NCBI GenBank assembly: GCA_031367385.1
Contig: JANLPS010000541.1
Coordinates: 1 to 19,418 of the forward strand
Length of the DNA: 19,418 nucleotides
Source of the DNA: Archangium sp.
Lineage (GTDB): Bacteria > Myxococcota > Myxococcia > Myxococcales > Myxococcaceae
Direction: 5' to 3'
The notes beneath the pieces are model-generated. The model saw only the letters and a list, made by a program, of their open reading frames with translations, was not told the DNA's origin and did not search any database. Made by a program: the position numbers and the translations under genes. Each line of letters opens with the position of its first letter. The first letter of the stretch is position 1. Positions 8,616-17,077 of the stretch are shown here, piece after piece.

Positions 8616-9596
8616 TCATGATCGCGCCCCGGCCCGCGCGTACAGCTCGAGCACCCTCGCCGCGACGGCTGCATTGGGTTCGGCGCGCACGTCACGGCGA
8701 TCTGGGCGCAAGGCCGCGGCAGCGATCGCTTCGACCGTCGGCTCGACCACCACATCGGCCCATCGCTCGAGGGCTCCTTCGTCGACCGCCACGACGCGCA
8801 CTCCGCACGCCCGCGCCTGGGCCGCGGCTCGGCCGCTGAAGTCATTGCCCAGCCCCAACACCCACAGCTCGTCGAGGGTCTGGAGCGCCGAGATGAACGC
8901 GTCACCGCCCAAGTAGCCTCGAAACGTCACCGCCCCACCGAGCGGCGCCGCCTGCCCGCGAAGCTCGGGCTCCAAGGCTCCGTCACCAATCAGGTCGAGG
9001 CTCGCCGAGGGCACTCGCTCGAGCAGCTTGCTGAAAGCCGAGAGCCCCAAGGCATGCCGTCGCGACGGCTGAAAAGTGCTCACCATGCCGATTCTCGCTC
9101 CGGGCACGTGGCGCGGGTCGGCGACGAACTTCGAATCGACCAGCGCTGGCAGCACCAGCACGTCACGCCCGAGGAGCGAGCGCGCGAGGCCTTCGGTAGG
9201 CACCGTCCACCCCGCGGCGAAGGGCGTTGACCAGCGCAGCGAACGAGGCGCATGAATCGAGCGAATCAGGGTCTTTACGCCCGCCAAGCGCGCGACCAGG
9301 TGGTCATGGCTGAAGTGCGAGTGCACCACCTCGACCCCCGCCCTGCCGAGGGCCCGCACATCGCGCACCAGCGCCACCGGTGATGACTTCACCGACAGCT
9401 CGAGCGGCACCGCTGAGAGCAGCGAGTGCCCCTCGAACCTCGGAGCCGCCAACTCTTCTGCCGCGGTCACGACGCGCCGCCGGTCAACCGCCACCTCGAC
9501 CTGATGCCCAAGCGCGCGCTGCGCCAGCGCGAGCTGCAACACGGCCTCGGCGGGCCCTGAAAAGTACGGAGAAGCCAGCAGATGCAGAACCTTCAC
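8616..9596 (-). CDS. glycosyltransferase (GT-B, GT4-like), probably LPS core
   Basis: MKVLHLL..SGPAE..LQLA..QRALGHQVEV, VVHSH, LDLIGDG, VTFRGY, QARACGVRVVA. GTGA overlap with the waaA stop. Confidence 0.85.
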   Translation of the reverse strand: MKVLHLLASPYFSGPAEAVLQLALAQRALGHQVEVAVDRRRVVTAAEELAAPRFEGHSLLSAVPLELSVKSSPVALVRDVRALGRAGVEVVHSHFSHDHLVARLAGVKTLIRSIHAPRSLRWSTPFAAGWTVPTEGLARSLLGRDVLVLPALVDSKFVADPRHVPGARIGMVSTFQPSRRHALGLSAFSKLLERVPSASLDLIGDGALEPELRGQAAPLGGAVTFRGYLGGDAFISALQTLDELWVLGLGNDFSGRAAAQARACGVRVVAVDEGALERWADVVVEPTVEAIAAAALRPDRRDVRAEPNAAVAARVLELYARAGARS

Positions 9597-10870
9597 CCGC
9601 GCCGCGCCTCGAGCATGTGGCTAAGCACCTCGACGTTGCGATCGCTCGCTCCGGAGATTTGACGCACCTGGGTTCGCGCCATCTCGCCGAGCGCGTCGAT
9701 GCTCGCGGGCCGGCCAAGCAGCTCACGCATCACCGTGGTCAGGTGCTCAGCATCATTGACTTGAATGCCACCCCGCCCGACCAACACCTGCACCGAGTCG
9801 CGAAAATTCTCCATGTGGGGGCCGAACAGCACCGGCTTGCCCTGGGCCGCGGGTTCGAGAATGTTTTGACCTCCGCGCAGCGTGAACGACCCGCCGACGA
9901 AGACGATGGTTGCCAATTTATACGCCGAGGCCAGCTCGCCGATGCTGTCGAGCACCACCACCGGCGCTCCCGTCGTATTGCCCTTCGAGCGCAACGCCAC
10001 GGCCAGGCCCGCGGCCTCGACCAACCCGCGCACGCGATCGGCGCGCTCAAGATAGCGGGGAGCGATGATCAACTTCAAATCGGGCGAGGTCTCGAGCAAC
10101 CGCCGGTACACGCCGAGCAAGATGTCTTCTTCGCCTTCGTGCGTGCTCCCGATGATCCACACGCGGGCGCCGGTCTGAGGCAGGCCGAGCATGTGGCGCA
10201 GGTTGGGTATCTCTGCGGCCTCGGCCGAGGGCGCCAGCGCGTCGAACTTCGTGTTGCCCGTCACCAGCACGCGATCTTTGGGAGCCCCCAGGCTCAACGC
10301 CCGCTCGGCCTCTTCGTCTTCGCGCATCAAGAACACGTCGATATCGAGCAGCGGGTTCTCGATCAGCTGAAAAAAGGCCCGGTAGCGCGGGAGGTTACGG
10401 GTCGAGAAACGGCCGTTGGTCAGCGCGACCTTGGCGCCCGAGGTCTTGGCGGCGCGAATGAGGTTGGGCCAGATCTCGGCGTACTCGAGCACCAACAGAT
10501 CTGGCGCGATGGCCTTCACCGCCCGCCGGGTGGCACCCCAGGTGTCCCACGGGGCGTAGACGACTGCGTCGACCTGCTTCAAGAGCTTGTCGCGGCCCAT
10601 CAAAAAGCCGGTGTTAGTGATGGTCGAGATGATGATCTTCGCAGTGGGAAAGCGCGCTCGCAGTCGGTCGACCATCGGTGAGAGCGCGAGGAGGTCACCG
10701 GCTGACGCGCCGTGCAGCCACAGCCGGGGGCCGCCACCCGAAGGCAGCAAACCCGGCGGGTAGAAGCCCAAGCGCTGACGAAAGCCGTCGCGCGTCTTGC
10801 GAAAGACGCTCAAGAACGGCACGACAAGCCAGAAGGCCAGCCAGCTCGCGAGGACGTACAGCAGGCGCAT
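9593..10870 (-). CDS. waaA: 3-deoxy-D-manno-octulosonic acid (Kdo) transferase
   Basis: LWLHGASAGD, STITNTG, EIWPN, GNTKFD, GSTHEGEE, IAPRYLER, DSIGEL, FVGGS, GGQNILEPA, GPHMENF. Start trimmed to ATG 10870. Confidence 0.95.
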   Translation of the reverse strand: MRLLYVLASWLAFWLVVPFLSVFRKTRDGFRQRLGFYPPGLLPSGGGPRLWLHGASAGDLLALSPMVDRLRARFPTAKIIISTITNTGFLMGRDKLLKQVDAVVYAPWDTWGATRRAVKAIAPDLLVLEYAEIWPNLIRAAKTSGAKVALTNGRFSTRNLPRYRAFFQLIENPLLDIDVFLMREDEEAERALSLGAPKDRVLVTGNTKFDALAPSAEAAEIPNLRHMLGLPQTGARVWIIGSTHEGEEDILLGVYRRLLETSPDLKLIIAPRYLERADRVRGLVEAAGLAVALRSKGNTTGAPVVVLDSIGELASAYKLATIVFVGGSFTLRGGQNILEPAAQGKPVLFGPHMENFRDSVQVLVGRGGIQVNDAEHLTTVMRELLGRPASIDALGEMARTQVRQISGASDRNVEVLSHMLEARRG

Positions 10871-10916
10871 GGAGGCTCGCTGTCTGGCACCGATGGCCCA
10901 GAAGGCCAAGCTGCGG

Positions 10917-11762
10917 CTACTGCGTGACGGTGCCGCTGAACTCGCCGGTGACCTTGCCGGTGATGGGTTTGCCCGAGAAGGGGTCGGTGTCGGTGCAGGT
11001 CGCGTCGACCACGACTTTCCAATTCGGCACATCGCTCACCAAGTTCATCGAGCCCGACCACTTGCGACACGTGGACGAACCCGAGGGGTTGTAGGTGAGG
11101 TCGATGCCTGCTCGCGGCAGAGCATACGAGGTACCGAACGGTGCCTTGGTTCGATCGACGGTGAAGCTCACCCCATACCCTTTCGAAGGGCACGTCGAGA
11201 TGGTGTGCGAGGTGTACACCGAGAATGAATCGGCCGTGCAGGCCGACGGCGCACCGCAGGAGTTCGGAGCGACGTACTCGACCCCGGAGACGACCTCGGG
11301 CGCGGTCAGCGAGAACTTGCATCGGGGGGCCACCGCCACGGGGTCGGCCTCACAGCACACGCCGCCGTCGAGCCGCGCACATGGCCTGCAAGTGTACGCG
11401 CCGCCGTACTGGGCGCAGTCGTACCCCGTTTCGTCTTGGCCGCTGCGCGTACAGGTGTAGAGCATCGACCCTTCGCAGTGACTGACGAGAGGCTTGCACG
11501 GAATGCCCGTGCCCGGCCCGCTCCCCCCACCTGCCGGCCCGGGAGGACCCTGCGGCCCCGGAGGACCAGCAGGGCCGGTGATGACAATGACGCCTCCGTC
11601 ATAGTCCGAGACGCGAATGACGCCAGCGGGGCCTTGCTGGCCCTGAGCGCCAGGAGGGCCTTGAGGGCCAATCGGCCCCTGGGCTCCGGTTGGGCCAGGG
11701 CCGCTGGTGCAGGCGGAGAAGACGACACCGAGGGCAATCAAAAGAGTGCGCAGAGCGGTCAT
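10917..11762 (-). CDS. Lipoprotein with short collagen-like Gly-X-Y repeats, a Cys-rich module and a C-terminal beta-rich domain
   Basis: Lipobox [30 protein letters not shown] and [16 protein letters not shown]; Cys cluster CKPLVSHC...YTC...DC...TCRPC...CC. Confidence 0.85.
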   Translation of the reverse strand: MTALRTLLIALGVVFSACTSGPGPTGAQGPIGPQGPPGAQGQQGPAGVIRVSDYDGGVIVITGPAGPPGPQGPPGPAGGGSGPGTGIPCKPLVSHCEGSMLYTCTRSGQDETGYDCAQYGGAYTCRPCARLDGGVCCEADPVAVAPRCKFSLTAPEVVSGVEYVAPNSCGAPSACTADSFSVYTSHTISTCPSKGYGVSFTVDRTKAPFGTSYALPRAGIDLTYNPSGSSTCRKWSGSMNLVSDVPNWKVVVDATCTDTDPFSGKPITGKVTGEFSGTVTQ

Positions 11763-11802
11763 GGCTGCTGCTCAACCCATCACTGGGGTACAAAGCGCAG
11801 GC

Positions 11803-12219
11803 ATGCGGCACTTGGGCATCGGGCTGGGTCTGGTCGTGTTGCTGCTCGCGGTCGGTGGGTGGCTTCAGCGCCGGCAGCTTCGCCAGCGCTTCTCGTCACA
11901 CGTCGAGACCCGTGAAGGCATTCTGGTGCTGCTCGAGGCGCCGCAACCCAAGGTGCTCGAGCCCAGAGCCCGGCAGGTGCCCGCGGGCAATCACTGCGTG
12001 TTGGTGCACACCTACACGCCGAGCGGCTCGTCAGACCTCGATCAGCTCGAAGACCGGTACTGGGCCTCTGACGGCCTCGAGCCTTCATTCTGCGAAGACC
12101 ACGAGCGGCAGCTCAACCACCGCATTCAGCTCACCGGCATTCGAACGAGCGGCGACGCGATTGATCAAGACTGCACCAACCGCGCGTGCTTCGAGGCCGT
12201 GCTGACCTCGAGCGAGTAG
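11803..12219 (+). CDS. Hypothetical small protein with an N-terminal TM/signal anchor and 4 Cys
   Basis: MRHLGIGLGLVVLLLAVGGW; fills the gap and stops 2 nt before the convergent gene. Start inferred at ATG 11803. Confidence 0.6.
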   Translation: MRHLGIGLGLVVLLLAVGGWLQRRQLRQRFSSHVETREGILVLLEAPQPKVLEPRARQVPAGNHCVLVHTYTPSGSSDLDQLEDRYWASDGLEPSFCEDHERQLNHRIQLTGIRTSGDAIDQDCTNRACFEAVLTSSE

Positions 12220-12221
12220 CG

Positions 12222-13682
12222 CTACTGCCCCATCGCCTCGCGGGCCTCGGCGGCGAAGCGACCCGCCGGGTACGTCTCGAGGTACTTGCGGTATTCGACC
12301 ATCGCCTGCCGAGGGCGCAACCCGATGTCGAAGCACCTCGCCTTCAAGATTCGGGCAAGCTCGGTGCGCTCATTGGTCTGTGCATCGCTGGCGACCTCTT
12401 CGAGCCCGAGCAAGAAGTTCTCACACGTGCCCTTGGCGATGGCCGCCTCGGCCTTCTGCAAGAAGATGGTCTCGAGGTCTTTCGCGATGGGCTTGGCCGC
12501 GGGGGCCGGTTTCGCAGCAGGCAGCGACGCCCATTCTTCGGCGGGGGCCGGCTTCGGAGCCACCTGCGGCGGTTGCGGAGGGCCTTCGACCAACACCTCG
12601 GTCAGCGGCTCGATGACCTGCGTGTTGCCCGTGGCGGGGAGCGTCGCGGCCGCGGGTGCCGATTTCTCAGCCGGAGGAAACGCTGGCGCGGTCGCAACCA
12701 CCTGCCGCGCCTTGGCTTCTCGCGAATCGAGCCGTGGCAACAGCCCCCCCATGGCTGGGGCAGTCACAGGCCGCGAACCCATCGGCTTGAACGCCGCTTC
12801 ACCCTCGCTCACCCCTTTCACCTCGGTCAGCTCACGCTGCAGCGCCGCGGTCACGGCCCCACGCTGCACGTTTCTGCCCGCGAAGCGCACCCGCTGGCCG
12901 GGGTCGATCATCACCGAGTCGCCACCGGCGGTCTCGACCCGCACCCGCCCTTCAGCGACGGCCACTTCGGTCACTGCGCCGAGGTGCGAGACCGAAAACA
13001 CCGTGCCGATGACGTGCACGGCGACGTCTCCGCTGAGCACGACGAAGTCTTTGCGCGGCTGATGCGAGGCCTGAACCGCGATACGCCCTTGCGACAGCGA
13101 GAGGCTGACGTCATCGCCACTGACCTTCAACAACTCGACGCGGGTGCCATTGGCCACGCGAAGGTGGCTCGAATCAGCGAGGTGAATCAACGCCTTGCCG
13201 TCACTGCCCGGCGTTCGAAGCACATCCCCCGACTGCAGCGCGGCTCCGTCACTCACGTGAGCGCCCGCCACCTGAAGCCCACCGGCATGCTCGACATGTG
13301 ACTCGGTCAGCGGAGCGACCACGGCGACCGCCTCGACGGGAGGCGCGGCGATCACCACCGGGTCGTGCGTGATCATGAAGGTCAGCACCGCGGCCACGGC
13401 TGCTCCGAGGAGGCCGAAGACCAGCCACTGCGGCCGACGACCGGTCTTGGCCCTCAAGCGCCGGTCGATCACCTGGTCGACGGCAGAATCGACCTTCGCC
13501 CACGCCAGCAACGGCTTCGACTGCCGGGCCAACAGCAACGCCTGCCTGGCCAGCACCACGGCCTCGAGCTTCTCGCTGCACACCGAGCACTCTTCGAGGT
13601 GATGCTCAAGCAGCTTGCTCTCACCGGCCTCGAGTGAACGGGCGGCGTAGTCCCACAATTGGGTTTCATCGTGTCGGGTCAT
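12222..13682 (-). CDS. Anti-sigma factor: zf-HC2 (ZAS), TM helix, FecR domain, Pro/Ala linker, TPR-like C-terminus
   Basis: HLEECSVC (HxxxCxxC); TM WLVFGLLGAAVAAVLTFMI; FecR-type LSQGRI...VHVIGTVFSV...VAVAEGRVRV; YRKYLETYPAGRFAAEAR. ATGA overlap with the sigma gene stop. Confidence 0.88.
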   Translation of the reverse strand: MTRHDETQLWDYAARSLEAGESKLLEHHLEECSVCSEKLEAVVLARQALLLARQSKPLLAWAKVDSAVDQVIDRRLRAKTGRRPQWLVFGLLGAAVAAVLTFMITHDPVVIAAPPVEAVAVVAPLTESHVEHAGGLQVAGAHVSDGAALQSGDVLRTPGSDGKALIHLADSSHLRVANGTRVELLKVSGDDVSLSLSQGRIAVQASHQPRKDFVVLSGDVAVHVIGTVFSVSHLGAVTEVAVAEGRVRVETAGGDSVMIDPGQRVRFAGRNVQRGAVTAALQRELTEVKGVSEGEAAFKPMGSRPVTAPAMGGLLPRLDSREAKARQVVATAPAFPPAEKSAPAAATLPATGNTQVIEPLTEVLVEGPPQPPQVAPKPAPAEEWASLPAAKPAPAAKPIAKDLETIFLQKAEAAIAKGTCENFLLGLEEVASDAQTNERTELARILKARCFDIGLRPRQAMVEYRKYLETYPAGRFAAEAREAMGQ

Positions 13683-14323
13683 CGCAGCACCTCATCTCGC
13701 GCTTCGACCTTCGCAATGACTCGAAGCGACTTCGTGAACTCGGAGCGTGCGTGGTGCAGCCGAGAGCGAACCGTGTTGGTCGAGGTGCCGGTGATCTGGC
13801 CGATCTCCTCGGGGCCCAGACCGCAGAGCTCGTAATAGACGAAGACGATTCGCTTCTTCGCGCCCAGGGAGCCCAGCGCCTGGTGCACCAACCGCGAAGC
13901 CTGGGTGGCCTCGGCGGCCCGCTCCGGGTCGGAGTCGTCGGCGGCAAAAGACTCGGGCAGCTCGGCCGACGCGTCTTCTCGTCTCCTGCGCCACCACCGC
14001 AGGTGCATCAACGCGACGTTGGTGCAGACGCGGTACATGAAGGTTCGAAACTGCGACTCGGCGCGAAACGACGGCACCGCCTTGAGCAGCTTCAAGTAGG
14101 TCTCTTGCACCAGGTCTTCGAGGTCGGGCCTGCGCCCCACCAGGTGACAGAGCGTACGGGCGACATCGTCTCGGGTGAGCCGGTAGAGCTCATCGAAGGC
14201 GAGCACGTCGTCGTTCTTGATGCGCTCGACCAGGCGAACCAGCCGGGCTTCGTGCGGCGATGGGGGCGGCTTCGAGGTCGGTAACGGAGCGAGTCGGGGG
14301 AGCGGTAAGGCCTCTGCGGTCAC
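13679..14323 (-). CDS. ECF RNA polymerase sigma factor
   Basis: AFDELYR, EDLVQETYLKL, FRAESQFRTFMYRVCTNVAL, EEIGQITGTSTNTVRSRLHHAR. AGGAGG 6 nt upstream of GTG 14323 fixes the start. Confidence 0.93.
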   Translation of the reverse strand: MTAEALPLPRLAPLPTSKPPPSPHEARLVRLVERIKNDDVLAFDELYRLTRDDVARTLCHLVGRRPDLEDLVQETYLKLLKAVPSFRAESQFRTFMYRVCTNVALMHLRWWRRRREDASAELPESFAADDSDPERAAEATQASRLVHQALGSLGAKKRIVFVYYELCGLGPEEIGQITGTSTNTVRSRLHHARSEFTKSLRVIAKVEARDEVLR

Positions 14324-14495
14324 AAGGTGCCTCCTGGCATTCACAGAAGCGATTGGTTGCCGCACCATTTCGAAACGATCACCCGGGGCGAATTGCGCCG
14401 AGATGCACGGCGAGTGATCAGTTTGAAACGCAGCGGCAACGAATGGTCCTTGAATGCGGCTCTTTCGCATTCACTCCCCTCAAAGCGAGAGACCC

Positions 14496-15500
14496 ATGAA
14501 TGCCTTGAAGTTTCGAAGCCTTTTCTTCGTCGCGTTGCCTCTGCTCGCGATGAGCGGCTGTACCTTCGTCGACTCCGACAGCGGAGATCGGTGCCTGTTC
14601 GGCTGCCCGGGCTATGCCTGCACCGGCACCTCAGACTGCAACAGCTCGTGCGCGTGCAAGTCGGGCACCTGCTCGACCTTGCCCGTCTGCACCACGGCGA
14701 ATGACTGCGCCGCTGGCGAGTCGTGCAACGGCGGCCGCTGCAACCCGGTGTGCAGCGCCAACGACGAGTGCCACCAGGGCGAGTTCTGCCTGGCGGGTGC
14801 CTGTCGCAACATCAATACCTGTGGAGGCAAGGTCTGCTCGAGCAACTCGCAATGCGGGATGGACTCGTGCATCAACGGGTACTGCGTGAGGCCGTGTGAG
14901 CGCACGCAAGACTGCAGCCCGGGCAGCAGCTGCATTCAGCACTTCTGTGAAGGGCAGCCTCCGAAGGTCGATGCGGGCACCGGTGGTGGCAGCGGCGCGG
15001 GTGGTGGCAAAGGCTCCGACGCGGGCACGGGTTCGGGTGGCGGCACGGGTTCAGGCGGCGGTACCGGCTCGGGCGGCGGCACCGGGCACTCCGATGCGGG
15101 CGCGGGTTGCGACACGTGCAGCAGCGGCGTCGATGCGGGCACCAAGACGCCTCCGACGACGTGCTCGTTCAATGCAGACTGCGGTGTGGGTGGCTGGTGC
15201 GTGAACGCGACCTGCTACTTCGGCTGCTCGAGCGACACCGATTGCTCGTCGACGCAGACCTGCCAAGCGGGGCTTTGCAAGAACCGCCCGGTGGGCAGCT
15301 GCAAGAACGCGGGTGACTGCGCAGCGGGTTCAGACTGCGTCGATGCGGTGTGCCGCAATCGCTGCAGCTCAGACTCGGAGTGCAGCACCGGTACGAGCTG
15401 CAAAATCGGCTTCTGCCTGCCGGTCGTGGTCACAGTGTGCACGACGAACTGTGACTGCGCGGCTGGCCTGCGCTGTGTGCAGGGCGCCTGCGCGCCGTAA
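14496..15500 (+). CDS. Cys-rich repeat lipoprotein (10 modules C-x5-C-x4/5-C-x4-C around a central Gly/DAG linker)
   Basis: Lipobox AMSGC. Five modules, linker (VDAGTGGGS..GTGSGGG x3..SDAG..VDAG), five more modules. Start inferred at ATG 14496. Confidence 0.88.
   Translation: MNALKFRSLFFVALPLLAMSGCTFVDSDSGDRCLFGCPGYACTGTSDCNSSCACKSGTCSTLPVCTTANDCAAGESCNGGRCNPVCSANDECHQGEFCLAGACRNINTCGGKVCSSNSQCGMDSCINGYCVRPCERTQDCSPGSSCIQHFCEGQPPKVDAGTGGGSGAGGGKGSDAGTGSGGGTGSGGGTGSGGGTGHSDAGAGCDTCSSGVDAGTKTPPTTCSFNADCGVGGWCVNATCYFGCSSDTDCSSTQTCQAGLCKNRPVGSCKNAGDCAAGSDCVDAVCRNRCSSDSECSTGTSCKIGFCLPVVVTVCTTNCDCAAGLRCVQGACAP
15024..15086 (+). repeat. 18-nt coding tandem repeat (GTGSGG units)
   Basis: ggcacgggttcgggtggc / ggcacgggttcaggcggc / ggtaccggctcgggcggc / ggcaccggg. 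Confidence 0.7.
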
Positions 15501-15512
15501 CTGACCGGTACG

Positions 15513-15555
15513 AAAAGGGGACAGGCTGGATTTCTAAACCAGCCTGTCCCCTTTT
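15513..15555. terminator. Bidirectional intrinsic terminator
   Basis: Perfect 17-bp inverted repeat AAAAGGGGACAGGCTGG / CCAGCCTGTCCCCTTTT with a 9-nt loop, between convergent genes, with U-tracts on both strands. Confidence 0.9.
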
Positions 15556-15557
15556 AT

Positions 15558-16952
15558 TTATTTGGCGGGCAGGGCGGCGGCGATCTCGGCGTAGAGCACG
15601 ATGGCGCTCTTGACCGCCTTCTCCCAGTCACCCAGGTGCAGGCTCTCATTCTCAGAGTGCGCATTGGTGTACGGGTCTTCGACGCCGATCAACAACGCCG
15701 GCACGCCGCCGAGCTCTTTCGAGAACGGTTCAACGAAGGGTATCGAGCCACCGCAGCCAATCGCGACGGGCTTCACGCCGTACCCCTGCTCGAGCGCGCG
15801 AAACGCAGCCTGAAACGCTGGGCCCGACGGGTCGGTGTACCACCACTTGGCCGTCGTCTCGGCCTTCACCGTGCATTCGAGGCCCCACGGCACGGCCTTC
15901 TTCAGCGCGGCGACCAGCTTGGTCTGCACGTCGACCGGGTCGAGGTCAGGCACGATGCGAATGCCGACGCGGGCCCACGCCGACTCGGTCACGATGTTTC
16001 TCGCGTCTTTGCGCGACGAGGCCTGAATCGCGTTGATCGCGAGCGAAGGCTGTCTCCAGTTGGTCTCCCACGGGTGACGATCTCCGCCCATCAGCTCGAC
16101 GCCGGGCAAAAGACCCGACTGGCGACGAAAGTGATCTCGGTCTCCGGGCAGCGCGGCGATTGACGCCTTCTCTTGCGCGGTGAGCGGCCGAACCTTCTCG
16201 AGAATACCGGGTATGGCGATGCTGCCATCGGGGTTGGTCAACGACGCGAGCATCTTGCACAGCGCCATCGTCGCATCGGGCACGGGCCCGCCCCACATGC
16301 CCGAGTGCAGCGATTGCTTGAGCGCCCGCACCTCGACATCAACGGTCACCAGGCCTCGCAGCGCGGTGGTGATGCTCGGCAAACCCGTGTCGAAGTTCGA
16401 CGTGTCGGTCAGCACGATGGCATCGGCGGCCATCAGCTTGCGGTGCGTCTGCAGAAACTTCGAGAGGTGCTCCGAGCCGATCTCTTCTTCGCCCTCGATG
16501 AGAATCTTCACGTTGAGCGGCAGCGCGCCCGAGGCCTTGAGCCACGAGTCGACCGCGCTGGTGTGCACCACGATGCCCGCCTTGTCGTCGGCGGTGCCTC
16601 GGCCCCACAGGCGCCCATCGCGCTCGACCGGCTCGAAAGGGGGCGACTTCCACATCGATTCGTCGCCGGCGGGCTGAACGTCGTGATGCGCGTACAGCAG
16701 CAGCGTCGGCTTGCCCGGCGCCTTGAGCACCTCTCCGTACACGTAAGGGTGGGCGCCCTCGATTTCGAGCAGCTGCACGTTCTCGAAGCCGCGTTGCTTG
16801 AGCAGCTCGGCGGTGGCCTCGGCGCTCTTGCGAACCTGCGCTGGGTCGAACCCGTCGAACGAAACGGAGGGAATTCGCACCAACCGTTTCAAGTCGTCGA
16901 GGTACTGCTGTTTCTGCGCTTCGAACTGTTTCAGAGGAGCGGGAGTCGACAT
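15558..16952 (-). CDS. M20/M25/M40 family metallo-dipeptidase
   Basis: [46 protein letters not shown]. Confidence 0.95.
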   Translation of the reverse strand: MSTPAPLKQFEAQKQQYLDDLKRLVRIPSVSFDGFDPAQVRKSAEATAELLKQRGFENVQLLEIEGAHPYVYGEVLKAPGKPTLLLYAHHDVQPAGDESMWKSPPFEPVERDGRLWGRGTADDKAGIVVHTSAVDSWLKASGALPLNVKILIEGEEEIGSEHLSKFLQTHRKLMAADAIVLTDTSNFDTGLPSITTALRGLVTVDVEVRALKQSLHSGMWGGPVPDATMALCKMLASLTNPDGSIAIPGILEKVRPLTAQEKASIAALPGDRDHFRRQSGLLPGVELMGGDRHPWETNWRQPSLAINAIQASSRKDARNIVTESAWARVGIRIVPDLDPVDVQTKLVAALKKAVPWGLECTVKAETTAKWWYTDPSGPAFQAAFRALEQGYGVKPVAIGCGGSIPFVEPFSKELGGVPALLIGVEDPYTNAHSENESLHLGDWEKAVKSAIVLYAEIAAALPAK

Positions 16953-17077
16953 AACGGGGCGCTTTTAACCCCGATTTCATCCACGGCCACGCCTGTTTGT
17001 GGACGTGTTTGACGCTCCGGCGCTCAGCCCGTAAGACGCTGCACGCTTCTCTGACTGCCCTGCCCCGAGACCGAAAA

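Noticed and set aside
9380..10681. Long antisense ORFs (also 2972-3865, 6233-7075, 12186-13301, 17024-17944)
   Set aside because: Stop-poor shadow frames of real genes in a high-GC genome, with no motifs.
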